A stretch of DNA of 64,000 nucleotides, the filler included, from Perkinsus olseni (lineage: Eukaryota), in NCBI GenBank assembly GCA_013115125.1. It is 3 parts of 3 records of this genome, joined end to end, with 100 filler letters (N's around TTAATTAATTAA, not from the genome) between each part and the next. Parts side by side here need not be neighbours in the genome. Positions count along the whole stretch, not along the records: positions 1 to 24,276 come from JABANN010000511.1; positions 24,377 to 48,514 come from JABANN010000512.1; 1 more part is not named here. One strand, written 5' to 3'. This document shows, one piece after another, positions 23,405 to 36,400 of this stretch. The position numbers were made by a program, and so were the translations under genes. The notes under the pieces were generated by a model. It was given only the letters and a program-made list of their open reading frames with translations, had not been told where the DNA came from and searched no databases. Numbering within the stretch: the first letter of the stretch is position 1; the number at the start of each line of letters is the position of its first letter.

Positions 23405-24276
23405 ATGTCTCCTCGTAGTACGACTGTCGTCGTCCTCCTTCTCCTCTCTGTCCTGCCCATCGTGGAAGGATATCAGCTGCAGGCTGTGGAAGGGAAGGAG
23501 GGCTGGCTGCAGGACCACAACTACTTCCGTTGCCTCCATCATGCCCCTCCCCTAGCATGGGATAACAAGCTCGCTGAAATGTGAGGCGTCGTTGCTCATT
23601 GGTGGGCGCATCTGCTGTCAGGTCGAAAGACTATGCCAACGTTCTAGCTCGGAAGAACTCGTTAGTTCACTCGCCCAGCTACGACCTGTCACCTCCTCAC
23701 GGCGAGAATCTCGCTTTCGGCTACGGCCGGGCCCCCGATTTCTGCAATGACCGTAGCGGTACCTACAACCAGCACTGTCCTGTGATCAGCTGGTACCTCG
23801 AGTACGAGCAACTGTGGAAGTGCCGCAACGGCGTCGAGGGGTGGAAGCGGGGCGGCGAGCCTCTAGACGGTCTAGGCCACTTCACAGCGATGGTCTGGAA
23901 GGGCATCAACATCATGGGCTGTGGCATCAGCGATGACAAGAAGTACTTCGTGTGCAAGTATGGTCATACTGGTTGCAAGACAGACAAGTTCCAGTGCGCG
24001 GAGTACTTCGACTACCGGGCCCCCTTGGGGCTGCCTAACGTCAACGTTGAAGACTGTCGAGGGACAGCCTGCTTGCAGTGCCTGGACGATAGCTCCAAAC
24101 GAAGGCAGTACTGCGAGGCACAAGGCGGGGTAAGTCTCGGTTATGAGCTCGAGATCACCCTAGGCTCCGCTGCACTGTCGTTTATCGTCTCCCTGGGGTG
24201 GTCCTACAGGGTGTTCCAATTCGATATGCAAATCACAAAAATCAGTCTAATTCAGCACATACTACGTGTTTGAGGC
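23405..24276 (+). CDS. CAP/SCP secreted protein 3 (3' end probably lost in the gap)
   Basis: Signal peptide; WLQDHNYFRCLHHAPPLAWD, HGENLA, LGHFTAMVWK, MGCG..FVCKY. Confidence 0.88.
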
Positions 24277-24376
24277 NNNNNNNNNNNNNNNNNNNNNNNN
24301 NNNNNNNNNNNNNNNNNNNNTTAATTAATTAANNNNNNNNNNNNNNNNNNNNNNNNNNNNNNNNNNNNNNNNNNNN
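24277..24376. other. Artificial contig-join linker
   Basis: N run + TTAATTAATTAA + N run, exactly 100 nt; the same linker recurs at 48515. Confidence 0.97.
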
Positions 24377-24479
24377 GCCCTCCTCCTGCCGCCGCTCCTG
24401 CAGATGGCTGGTCCGATGCCGCTGCTGTTGTTGTTGTTGTTGTTGTTGTCGTCGTCGTTGTTGATATTTGGGGGTCCAT
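24377..24479 (-). CDS. 5' end of a hypothetical gene running into the gap
   Basis: ATG at 24479: MDPQISTTTTTTTTTTTAAASDQPSAG; a trinucleotide microsatellite encodes the poly-Thr. Confidence 0.35.
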
Positions 24480-25932
24480 ACTAACTGTCGGTCGGGTACA
24501 AACTTACTACGAAGAAAGTGGCCTGCAGGACGGTAAACTATTTCTCATCTTCCTTTCACGAAAAATAAGATCAGAATTACAAAGTAATTACCGATTGGAA
24601 CATGTATCGTCAGTTTATGCTACTTTCACAGCTACAACCTCTCATCAACTATTATCCAACGTATCTTTCTACGACAGGCTCTCCGCAAAAAAAGTTCCGT
24701 AAACTGTCCCGAAACTACTGATAGCAAAACCATAAAATTCCAACGCCACCGCGAGGCCTCCACGATCCACCCGCGCCTCTCTCCGAACATACTTAAGCGG
24801 CCGTCGCCCGATAAACAAATTGCCAATTTTCCAAGATACAGAAACCGTTAATTGGGCTTGCCAGGGCGCAGAGCATAGTACATGTCCGTGATCTGATCGG
24901 CTATGGCCCTCTCCCAGGCTGGGGGGAGTTCTGCCAGTAGAACGAAGCCTGAGGAGGAGGGACAGCGAGAGAAGGCAGAGGAGGAGGAGGAGGAGGAGGA
25001 GGAGAGGGCTTCAGGCGAAGGAAGCTTTTAAAACTGGACATGGGTATAGTGTACGAGATAGACAAGATATGCTAAGTGTATCTTCGGCATAAAATATCTT
25101 CGACCTCGGTAAAACACCTTCCATTTCATGCGAATCAGCCACCTCCCTCCTCCCTGGGAGCCATCATGCGGACGACCGAGACAAAATACGCCGGCCGAGC
25201 CCAGCTGCGCCTCCCTCCTCCCTTACTACCCTCCCTTCCCTCCGCCGCCGCCGCCGCCGGACCAACAATATGGAAGGGCGGTACCGTAGATCTCGGAGGC
25301 ACCTGCAGCGGCCTTCTATCGCCGGGCAGAGCTCATGAAGGCACCTTCGTTCCTGCTAGAATGACACTGTGGCCCTTGACGACACAACCCTCGCCCAAAC
25401 AACAATCCTCCTCGATCCGCCTGAAGCGATACCGGCTGCGTCGGGCTGCCTCGGTAGACGACTTACACGTAGTTCCCGATTGATGCGGCCTTTACCACCG
25501 TCCTAGGGCCGACATGGACGTATTCACCTGGGGAAAAACGTCCGATAATCGGAAACGACGAAAACATCAAGGAATTGGATCCATAGACACTGTTAACTGA
25601 TAACAAAAAATGGGAATTTTCCATCCAGGCCATGGCCGTCCATAATGCGGGAGATTGCCCTTACCTTCTTCAAAGAGGCCCGCAAGATGCTCCGTAAGAG
25701 CGGCGAAGCATCAGCCATGCGTTCGAAGATACCGATGGATAGACTACCGTGCGCCACGAAATTCGGCCCAGCCCTACCTAGGAAGAGGTCAGCTCGATCA
25801 TAGTGCTGTTGTTGCCGACTGGCCCCGCTGTCCAGACGGTTCGCCGGTGAGCAGGGCATCAGTACCACATCGTCCCCCAATACCACCCATTTACGGCACT
25901 CTATTCTGCCCAGATCCCCATGTAATACGCAG

Positions 25933-26293
25933 CCCTTATGCACTATGCTTCGACCTAAGATTCATTCCTTATGCACTATGCTTCGACCTAAGATTCATTC
26001 CTTATAAACCATGCTTCGACCTAAGATTCATCCCGTGTGAGCTATGATTCGACCTAAGATTCATCCCTTATAAACCATGCTTCGACCTAAGATCCATTCC
26101 TTATGAACTATGCTTCGACCTAAGATTCATCCCTTATAAACCATGCTTCGACCTAAAATTCATTCCTTATGAACTATGCTTCGACCTAAAATTCATTCCT
26201 TATGAACTATGCTTCGACCTAAGATTCATTCCTTATGAACTATGCTTCGACCTAAGATTCATTCCTTATGAACTATGCTTCGACCTAAGATTC
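25933..26293. repeat. 33-bp tandem minisatellite, about 11 copies
   Basis: Unit CCTTATGAACTATGCTTCGACCTAAGATTCATT; the core CGACCTAA recurs exactly every 33 nt from 25951 to 26281. Confidence 0.95.
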
Positions 26294-26379
26294 TCCCTCT
26301 CTGTCATAACCCCATGCCCTCCACATTACTACCCCCTATCCTTATATTCTGCGGACACAACGCCTCGAAATGGCGGCAT

Positions 26380-27463
26380 ATCTTATTGCCACTCGTGGAA
26401 GATTCGAGATAGGTCCCCTTCTCATACCATACAGGAGCTGGTAACAGCAAGGACACGCTCTCCGCCGCCGCAGAACAAGTACTTCCAGACATGATCACCA
26501 CCAGGCCGAAACTGACCGGGTGCCCACTAGACTGCCTCTCCTCAGTCCCAAGGCCGCTTCCTGGACCGTCTTTGACTCGTTAAGCTCAATCCTAGGAGCG
26601 CTCCTAAGACTGAGAGGAGGCAGCAAGGTATTGAACACCGTTTTTTTTCCAAAGCATAGCGGAGAGGAAGATTCTCCCGCACCGCCAAGAAAATAGGAGA
26701 ATCACTATCACTTTTCTCTTCAGGGGCCGCGAACTCAACATGACATGGTGAATCACAATATACAGTGTATTAACGTTGAGGGGGTATGTAGGTGATGTTA
26801 CGGAACCTCCCCGGTCGGGCCCCCTTGCCCGCCCCCTTGCCGGCCCCCTTCCGGGCGTGGGCGGAACCAATGCCAAGATGCTTCTGAACGACCTTGTTGA
26901 TGCCAAGGTTACGCCTGAGATTTGCAGACCATAAGATATTCGACTCAGTAGAACTGTAGAGGAAGTTTCAAAACCCACGAAGTTTCATTTGGCACGCTCG
27001 CTCGTTGAGGGAGCGTTCGAAGTTGTTCACGAAGTTTGGAAACCCCCTCCACTGCGACCAACGCGCGCACGGCAAAGATTTTCATGACGTATCCTTTAAA
27101 AGCCTACCGGGGCTCGCCACGCATGTCCTCGTCCGAGTCCTTCTCCTTGCCCTTCTTTTGAGTGGCCCTGAGAGAAATCCAGGTAGCCCAGGTAGGTAGG
27201 AAAGCGCAAAAGATACCACCCGGCTACTACCTCTGTCGTCGTATCATCTCCCCTCTGGACAACCCCTTCCTCGGTGGTCTATTATTGGGCTGTTCGTCCA
27301 ATGCCGAATCGAGATTGCCGTGCATCTTTACTTGGAATGCTTGATACTGCGTCCTCCAGGCTGCCCTTATTAAAGCATCCAACGACATACCATCCTCATA
27401 GTACGCCGGGGCTGGCGGAACTGGACAGGCGGGAGGGGCCTGGATTACCACCTGCTGTTGCAT
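26380..27463 (-). CDS. Hypothetical spliced protein; 3' end uncertain
   Basis: ATG at 27463 (MQQQVVIQAPPACPVPP..MSLDALIRAAW), then GT-AG introns and further exons (ATQKKGKEKDSDEDMRGEP). Confidence 0.4.
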
Positions 27464-27873
27464 AGTGTACAAGTGAAACTGATAATAGTAGAAATGAGAT
27501 GCCAAACGACCATCTTCAGCAGAAAAGATCCGAATACTACCGGCCTCCGGGATCGAACCCACGACCTTCCGGTGATGACTTAGAAATACAAAAGCGCTCG
27601 CCCGCCAGCGCGGCTTCGCCTTCGCGAGCGTAGAAGATGTCATATTCAAGGCTGTTGTGGGAACGTTGGCGATGGGGTAGAGATAACCGAAGAGGGAGTA
27701 GCCGGTTAGTGGTGTAGATCAATCAGCAGCGCACGCCCGCAATGGTAACAGCACGACCGTTCGGAAGAGTTGAGGGTTCACGTGTGATGCGTATAGTCTA
27801 CCATGTCGGACGTGTATAATTCCGTTCCCATTCAAAAAAGATCTTTGCCGTATCACAGTGCAAACTGCTCGAC

Positions 27874-30800
27874 ATGTCCTCTACCGCTTTTGAGAATCGC
27901 ATCGCGGCTCGTCGACAGAACTTCAAGAAGGCCTCCGGGGACTCCCAGGCCATGCGGAGAAGGAGGGAGGTGGCCCCGTCTGCCCTCCGCCGCCTTCGAC
28001 TGTCGGCTGCTTCAGGACGCTACACTACAAATAAGGAAGAAGGAAAAGGCCGAGCAACTGGTCAGGAGACGGCGACTCGAGATGGATGATGATGAGGGCT
28101 CGAAGGCGACGACCAAGGACAACTCTAGTGCTCCTACCAAGAGTGCTCCTCTTCTGTGGCTGGCACCAGCTGATGGTGTAGTTGCCTCAGATGATATCCC
28201 CAGTTTGGTTGCCTTGTTGGAGTCATCGGACCCTGATACGGCTCTGGAGGCCCTGGTCAGCTTCAGGAAGATGCTGAGCAAGGAGGACAACCCGCCCATT
28301 GCAGATGTCATCGCTGCTGGGGTGAGGGGGTGCCTGTGGCCCCTGTCAAGCATTGGAGTGTTCAGGTCTTGCCTCGCTTCAAGTACCTGCTAGATAACCC
28401 TACAGTCAGCAAGATGCAGTTCGAGGCAGCCTGGGCCCTCACCAACGTCGCCAGTGGCAACTCCGAACAGACTAGGGCTGTCATAGAGCTAGGTGCTATT
28501 CAACTACGATTTTGGGGAGTTGTGGTACGGGGTGATCCTCATTAGGTGCTGTGGACTCCTTTCGTAACCTTCTCAGCTCTGAGGATACCGATCTTCAAGA
28601 GCAGTCCATCTGGGCGTTGGCCAACATTGCCGGTGATGGCGCAGGTAGTTTCTGGGGTACAGATCTATTGTAGCTGTTGCAGTAGCATAAAATGTGGACC
28701 ATTCGGTGGAGGCAGCGTCGTGTGTGGTAATAATCACGCTTCGCGGTAGTCGACGATGACATCCTCAGTTCTGCTGCTCTGTAGTGATTATTATGGTAAT
28801 ACCGATCGACAATGCTAATCAGTGACAGCGGTACGAGCATACCAATCATATGCTACTCCCATGATCTTCTCTCTGTCATTGTCCGCTCACCTCCTTCGTA
28901 TTTTCCGCTCTTAATACGTTTTTTCTCTTTCTCGCTTTCTTTTTCGTATTTTTCGCGAAATGCATGCCGACTGGCGAGGCTGTACCGTGGTCATTGCCTG
29001 TAGTGGTCCGAGACGCCTGCCTGGAGAGAGGTGTCCTCCCACCCCTCTTGGCCGTCATTCGGGCGGGGAAGAACATCAACATAGTTCGTCTCGGCACTTG
29101 GGCTGTCAGCAACTTCTGTCGCGGGAAGCCGGTAAGCGCATGCGGAATTTCGTGGCGCGCGGTCATTTCCCTTTCCGTGTGTAGGTACCAGCTCTTGACC
29201 GCATCGTCGGTGCATTACCAACACTAGCCATGGTGATGCCCTGCTTGCCCCCTCCCTCCCAACCCTTGTCAGGTCCTAGGCTTGGATGATGTTGAGGCCT
29301 TGGCGGACGCTCTTTGGGCTGTGTCCTACATCTGCGATGGTCCGACAGAGCGGATCGATGCCATCCTGCAGAGTGGCATGGTACCGCGCATGGTCCATCT
29401 ATTGGGACATGACAGTACACAGGTAGGTCGGGAAGTATCTTTCATGCGGGGATTTGGCGGGATAGGTTTATACTCCGGCGTTGAGGGCGATAGGCAACAT
29501 TGCAACAGGCTCGCCACATCAGACAGGAGCGGTGGTAGGGATGGGGTGGGGGCCATCGCGGGTTAGGAGGGAATCACTGCGTTTGATTCGGAATGTCTGG
29601 CGGGAACGCACGGAGTGTTCAGTGATGGTCATCACCGATCATTTTGTTATTGCGAATCGAGGCTCATATCTGATCATCAATAATTTACTATCTAATATTG
29701 GTGATGAATTACTTCATAGTATACTAGGCCTTCGTAACGAAAAAAGCGGAGCTCGGCTCGAAGTCTCGGGTTCGAACCTCATCCAGGGCTTTTTCTGCAT
29801 TTTTTCGGGTTCATCTACAACGGTCCACGCTGGTTTTGGTTGGTTGAACGAGGATGGGCGCGATTTCGTATTTTTTATAGAGTATATGAATCGAGACCTT
29901 TCCATTGGTATGCGTCCCATGAGTTCATTCAGTATAGTCGTGGAGAAATAATATGAACGAACGAACGCACAAAAAAGCGCAGAAGTGACAGTACAGTATA
30001 TGCTTCGCTCGCTCCGCAACGTTGATAATACTATTCTATTTCTGTACAACTGATGGTTTCCATGACGGTCAGTATATTCATAAAATTAGTACCGCACCAC
30101 GCAATACTCAATCTGAATGGAGCATCATGGCCTCCACCCCGGATGCATCATTACCGGCTTTGGTATGGTGATCATCCTAGGTCCCAGATTACTACAGTTT
30201 AGAGTTTTTTTTTCTCTCTTCTGTTAGGTAGATGCGGGGGCTCTTCCAACTCTGCTCAAGCTCATCACGAGCCCGCGGAAGACGGTCAGTGGTGCCGTGT
30301 CGTGTTTTTTGGACCACCATCCTCAGGTTCGAAAGGAGGTCGTGTGGACGGTTAGCAACATCTGCGCGGACCAGCAAACGCAGATTCAGAAGGTTCGTCA
30401 TCGTCTCATCTGAAGGCCCTCGTTCGCCTAGAGTAATTTTCGCCTTCTACGTGGGAGTGCATTGCCTGCTTGAAAGCACTGGTTTTCATTGGGGCAGCGG
30501 GGCTCTTCAGTAGCTGGCGGGGGGATACCTTAAGCATCTTGGAAATGGTTGATCGTGAATCGCTTCGCTCCGCCTACAGGTGATAGAGAGTGGTATCCTT
30601 GGGCCGATCGTGGAGATCCTCAGTGGTGGTGCTGATTATGACGTTAGGAAGGAAGCGGCCTGGACTGTCTGCAATCTGTGTTCGGGAGGGAGTCCTGAGC
30701 AAGTGAAGTACTTGGTGGACAAGTACCCGACCATGGCCGCATTGAGTAGGTGGCGGGAGTCTTATCATTATTTCCGTTCTGGCGATATGCTCCACATGAG

Positions 30801-31668
30801 TACAGGGTAGGGTAGTAGGAAGTCAATTATTGATTTGCCCATGGTCGACCCTGGATGTATGTCCCTTCCTCGCGATCGTTGGGGGAAATAGGTCGGCTGA
30901 GCAGGGCGAGACGGACTAGTAGATCAACTAGTTGAACTATTCAACATTTTGCAGTTTACCCCGGCGGTCCTTTTTTCAACATAGATTTTGCAGTATAAGC
31001 ATCGAGTATGTAGAGCGACGAAGCTGCTTGCCTGGCTGGTTTGGGCAGCATACAGAACGTGGTGGTGACGGTAAATGCGCAGTAGGACGTTGACCGAACA
31101 GGGCCACCTGCGTGTCTACCTTGCACATCGTGCTCACCAGGTTCGATACTCGACATCAAGGACACGAAGATGGTCCAAGTAGCCTTAGAGGCGTTCGAAG
31201 GGATACTCAGGACAGGCGCCTATGAGCAGGACAAGAGGGACTCTTCGACCAATCACTATGTTGAGTAAAGCCAGCCGGTCGGGAGCTGGTGGATCTAGGC
31301 GATCTCAGAGCGCTTGAGGAGTGCGGGGCTTTGACTAAGATTGAGGAGCTGCAGCAGGATGAGAGCGAAGATGTTTATATACGGGCTGTCAGAATATTGG
31401 AAAAGTGAGTGAAATATGGTATTAGCCTGAAGGGGATCGAAAACGAAATCGCCTGGCTTATTTCTGGTAATTTCATGCAGACGGTTGGATGCTGAGGGGC
31501 TTCCCAGTTCGAGCCTTCATTACTGTGGAGAACGCAGGACTTGACTCCCTCGAGATCAGTTACTGTGACGTTGAGGACGAGAACCAGGCCGCGGATGGCA
31601 ATGTTCACGGTGATGGCCTGGGGGCTCCTGCTACCACCACGAGTCATGCAAGATTCGCCTTCGCTTGA
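27874..31668 (+). CDS. KPNA: Importin subunit alpha (karyopherin alpha), multi-exon
   Basis: IBB domain ([14 protein letters not shown]), [63 protein letters not shown]. Confidence 0.95.
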
Positions 31669-31952
31669 CTACGTAATTAGACATCTTTGCATGACAGTAG
31701 CATTCAGTATCTCGATCATGCCAGCTTTTGGTTCAGTGTCATAATAATATTTGCTTGGGGAGATAAGGGAGAATCTTGCGGAAGGTTGAAACTGAAGGAT
31801 ACTCGCTGTGGAGAAAACTTCCGGCTCCGCCAGGTCGTCGTCGTTCGTCTGCATTGAAAGGGAGGGGTCACTGCTGTCACTGCTTGCAGTCCTTCTATGA
31901 GCACTTGATAGCTCAGCTCAGAATGGAGTAGGGCGTGGAGTAGTTTTTTTTG

Positions 31953-33764
31953 ATGACAGAACAGCTGGATGAATCTCCGCCCGACGAGGGTCGAAGGCCT
32001 CGAAGGGACGGCGTCACGTCAAAGGGGCTCTTCTTTATGGCACTACTAGCCCTGCAGTTCGGCAGCCAACCTCAGTTGCAGTCACAGTTCATAAACAGGT
32101 TGGAATCTTAGGTTGGTCAAGGGTGTTAGCGTGTCGCCAGGTCCGTGAACACTACTATGGTGGTGTTGTTGACGGAGATCGTCAAGTTGCTCTTTGCCAT
32201 TGCCTTCATGCTTCTCGAGGGTAGAGGGCGGCCTTGCTTCGCTCCGCTGGGTATCTTTGGTCCATCAGGGTCACTGGTGGGGTGCCTGTCTACGTGGCGA
32301 CCCCTTCCGAGCTTGGCAGTGGCGGCCTTGCCAGCCGCCACGTACGCCCTTCAGAATCAATGCATTCAAACAGCTTATCGGAATCTCGATCCTCTTGTTT
32401 TCAACTTGGTCAACCAGACCAAGCTTCTGTGGGCGGCGGTAGTACCGGGGGACAGGGGCCAGGCGAACTCCTCGCGGGACTTCGGCCGCCGAAGTTCGGC
32501 GTGTCACGTCCCAGATGATTAGCAGCTCGAACTCGGTGCAGCGACCTTCGCTAGCCTGTGGGGATCAGGTGCTCACCTACCTCATATTGGGTAGGCGGCA
32601 AAGCTCCATGCAAGTCCTTGCTTTGTCCATGCTGTTCGTATCAGCTGTCCTTATATCTATCGGTAGTAATGAGTTGGGTTGACGTCATCAGAGCCGATGA
32701 TAGGTCAGCAGTCTGAAGGCCCCAGCGAATACACAGAGAGGGATCCAGCCTTGGGGATGTTTTCAGTAAGGAATAACGGGTTGTTGTAGCGTCAGCCGCA
32801 TGTCGCTCTGATGGAGTATGGAGATCCTATTGCCAGCTAGGGCTATCGACGACCGTGTTTTGCTTGTCCTGGTGTAGATAATAGTGGCCAGTGCGTTGTC
32901 CGGCATTGGTGCTGCTGTATCGGAACTCGCCTTGAGGTCCTACAACCGCAATAGGTAGTGACTGGTCTCTAGGGGCGTATTGATCGGACGAATATCCATC
33001 ACAATTCTATGGTTAATCATCGTCAAGGAGAGATCCGTTTTCTCTTGGGGTGCACTGCGCTTCCTTTCTGGGCTATTTCGTGGCGCGCGACGGTGGGATA
33101 TCGGTAGCGTTCGACTCAGTTACCTGTTCTCTGCTGAGTTAGCAATGTACTCAGCTTTGTTGGTGATTGGCGTAGAGGCCACGGCTAACGGTGGAGTGCC
33201 GGAGCTCCATCCGGATTTTTACACGGGGTTGCCGTTGATACCCATACGTGAGTACACAAGAGGCAGCAGAGTTTTTCAGCAGCTCTGCCTCAGTTACTCA
33301 AGCATTGGGAGGTATTGTTGTAGGACAGGTCACTAAGCATGCGGGCAGTGTAGTACCGGAGGGAGAGGAGGCTCTGGTATCCTGGGGGCTTCCTGTGATT
33401 TTACGTAGGCTTCGGTTGGTAGATTTTTACGTCGAACTATCGGCGGCGAAGGGAAGTGCTGCGCGATTGGCCGGCGGAATTGTACCCTTAGACGCTAGCC
33501 GATTTGGCCGGCTGTAGTTTGGCTGCCTCCCCCGTGATGTTGTTTCCTAGGAACGAGGACGATAGCAGCTCTCCTCGTGATAGCTCCTCTCTGTATGCAT
33601 GGCGGAATCGGAAGAATCTTTGTTTGGTTCAGGTGCAAAAGGGGTTCTCCATAATAGGAGGTATCATCCTCACAGCCATTCTACGCTGGGTTTTTGTAAA
33701 TGCACCGTTGACGACAGAGCTATGTTTGGCAGTGCCACTGACACTCCTCGCCACTTATATGTGA
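31953..33764 (+). CDS. Nucleotide-sugar transporter (SLC35A, UDP-Gal/CMP-sialic acid type), spliced
   Basis: LLALQFGSQPQL, VVLLTEIVKL, ALPAATYALQN, FNLVNQTKLLWAA, GGIVVGQVTKHAGSV, KGFSIIGGIILT. Confidence 0.88.
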
Positions 33765-34095
33765 GACAATTTCCTGTAAGGGTGAATATTGTTCATTTAT
33801 ACGCTAAGATACGCGAAGTATCCTCCGGCACTCCGGCGATCGAAGATGAAAGGCCAGTAGGCTGGGCATCATCAGTTTTTGGGTCCATGAGGGAATCGAC
33901 CGTTCACTTGTTTACGTTGACCGTTTCAACTGCTATAGAGGAGATCTAGTGTGGGACGGTGTGACAGGGCGGGTCTTCCTGTGAGTAGATTTGCTTGAGC
34001 CGTATGGCTCCGCTAGGAGCTTTGCTTCGTAATGATTTTGCCAGCTCTGGAAGAGGCATCTCAGCGGCATTTGGCGTGGTCAGATTGTTTGTTGA

Positions 34096-34846
34096 ATGGC
34101 GAATGCCAGTCGGCGGCCGGTCGGAGAACGTCCCTTGCCAAGCAAGCGGCTGCGTCGACAGAGGATCCCATTGGGGGTGTCGGCAGGAGAAATAATAGCT
34201 GTAGACGCCTTGCCAAAGGATAACGAGGGAGACCTAATACTAAGGGTAAGATTGGAAGACAAAAAAGATGGAGACAATTTCTAGGACATGGACAGTGCCG
34301 ATCTTCGGGGCTGATTTCGGATACCAGAAACGCGTTAGATCCGTACTGTACTGAGTTTCCACTGTTGTCTTTCAGACGCTTTCGGTATTGCCAGCGGCTC
34401 TGAGTACTAACGTTATGGCTTGCCTACCGCGAGAGCAACGATTGGTTCTCGCTATAGATCTTGATATGCTCGTGGTTTGGTCTTTCGAACCGGCCACCAT
34501 CGCTTTGATGGCTGGGTCTAGCCACAAGCGTTTGCAGCAACCTTCCCGCGCTAGTGGACTTGGGCAGGTTTCAGTAAAGGGGCTCAACTCCGAATATCCT
34601 GTCTGTGTGCGGCTGCGGCGAGGGGCAAGTGAATTTGTCCACAGGGCGGCACAGGCGTACGACGTTGGTGTCATCTCGACGAAATTGTCGAGGTCCATGG
34701 TGGCTGCTGTAGCCGGGAGTGTTGATGGCGGTGGAGGAGGGATAGCGTTTGTGAGAGGCAATGATGATATTGGGCTTGGGCAAGATTACAGCAGTATAGT
34801 GCCGAGAGATAGGGGAGAGATCATTGTACTCAGCGATGATAAGTAA
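34096..34846 (+). CDS. Hypothetical protein, 2 or more exons
   Basis: ATG ORF at 34096 with a GT donor, and downstream ORF 34388-34846. Confidence 0.35.
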
Positions 34847-35268
34847 GAGGGTGGTGTCTCGAACCACTTATTAATCTGCACTGCAGAATATTCTTCATTC
34901 CGATGCAGAGACTCCGGCGCAGTCGCACGGCCACTCGCACTGTGTTAAGATGTCGCTCGAATTTAACCAATAGATCCGTATGACTTAAGACGCTGGTTTC
35001 ACTATAATGGTGAATAACCGTTGGTGATTCACTTAGTAAATTTCACTAAGAATCGCTGTGAATATCGAATCACACACTCGTGTACTCGTACTGGGGTACT
35101 CGCTCTCACAACGCGCCGCCTCGAATGATACAAGCACAGGCTGCTTGTCAAGTAGCCTGTGAGGCACGGGCTGTGACAGGCTGTGCCAGGCTGCGTAGCT
35201 GCTGCATGTTGTATATGACCGTTGATGAGCGCTTTTAAAAGGCCAGAAACTACTCCTCGGTTCGCGCG

Positions 35269-36400
35269 ATGTGCGAGAGGGCTCCGAATACGCTGAAATC
35301 AGTGCCGCGTCGCCGGTGTGGGTCGACGCGCAGCGGACGTTGCGGAGTTCCCGCGGGACTTCGCATAACCTTCACGCCGAAGGCCGGGACTATAATCAGC
35401 CATGAAACATTATCTCCCACCGAGTCTTTCCGTCCTGGAACTCTCGGTGGGTCACCCACGGTGGGTGGCCGTGAGATTTGGGCCCCGGACCTGAGTGCTG
35501 TTGATGCAGCGGATTCTTTGGGTAGTGTGGTACTCTGGCATTGTTTGAACGCAGCAACGCACATCATCTTGCCCCCGGTGTCAACTAAAAGGTCCAGCGT
35601 GAGATGAGGACAGGCCACTGAGAAGAATTCGCTATCGCCTACAGATATGTGTGAGTCCCTGCTTCGCGAAGGACAAAGGTCGGCTTATGAATCAGTCACC
35701 CCTTCTTCGATACGGAGAAGGCCCAGCTAAGGGTCAACCGTTAGCGTCGAAGCAGCCGTGATGATTCCTGCTGCTCCCCGAGCAAGGGACCTGATGTGCC
35801 TCTCTATTGGTGGCCGTACCTACCGCAGCAAGGTCGCTTCACTGGGCTTGGGGCTGAGGCCTCTCTCGCCGATGAGGACCCAGAAGGGCGCACGTCTTGG
35901 GAGGATCATACCTCTACCAACGGCGATTGCTCTCAACGCAACGGCGGTGAGGCTCGCCGCCGTCGCGGCTCCACACTCTCATACAGCAACAACTACTTCC
36001 GTTATCATCCCACGTTAGTGCCGTCTTCATCGACGGCTTTCTCTTCCGGGAGTCCACTCCGCAGGTGTGTGTGTTATGGTGTCAGTTCATAGTAGCTGCC
36101 TTTGCAGTTCGTCAAGCTGTCACGGTCTGGAGAAGATGTCAAGACTTGCTGTCGGTCGCACCGAAGGGCTTGACAGTCAAGCCCTTCGGTGCGACCGACC
36201 TGAGAGCTCTGGCTTCAATCCGAATTCTGGACCGAGGATCGGAGCCTCCCTATCACATGGCTATTTGGATACCTTACCGAAGAGATGGCCGGACGTATAC
36301 ACTCTGGCGTTATGCATCGTTGTCAACAGGTTCGGTACTAAAGAGGCAACTAGCAACTAGCCTCGCGAGTATCACTACGAATGACATTGATATTGAATAA
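35269..36400 (+). CDS. Hypothetical spliced protein
   Basis: Successive plus-strand ORF blocks (35269, 35796, 36065); no recognised domain. Confidence 0.3.

Noticed and set aside
24321-24332. Palindromic TTAATTAATTAA within N runs (also at ~48559)
   Set aside because: It is a six-frame-stop linker used to join contigs, so it is not biological. Adjacency across these gaps is also not guaranteed.
26045-26047. TGA replacing a Cys codon as possible selenocysteine
   Set aside because: It is a single substitution in the most diverged repeat unit, with no SECIS recognised and no evidence the repeat is translated.
25933-26293. Possible CRISPR array
   Set aside because: Units are head-to-tail with no unique spacers, no cas genes are present, and the context is eukaryotic.
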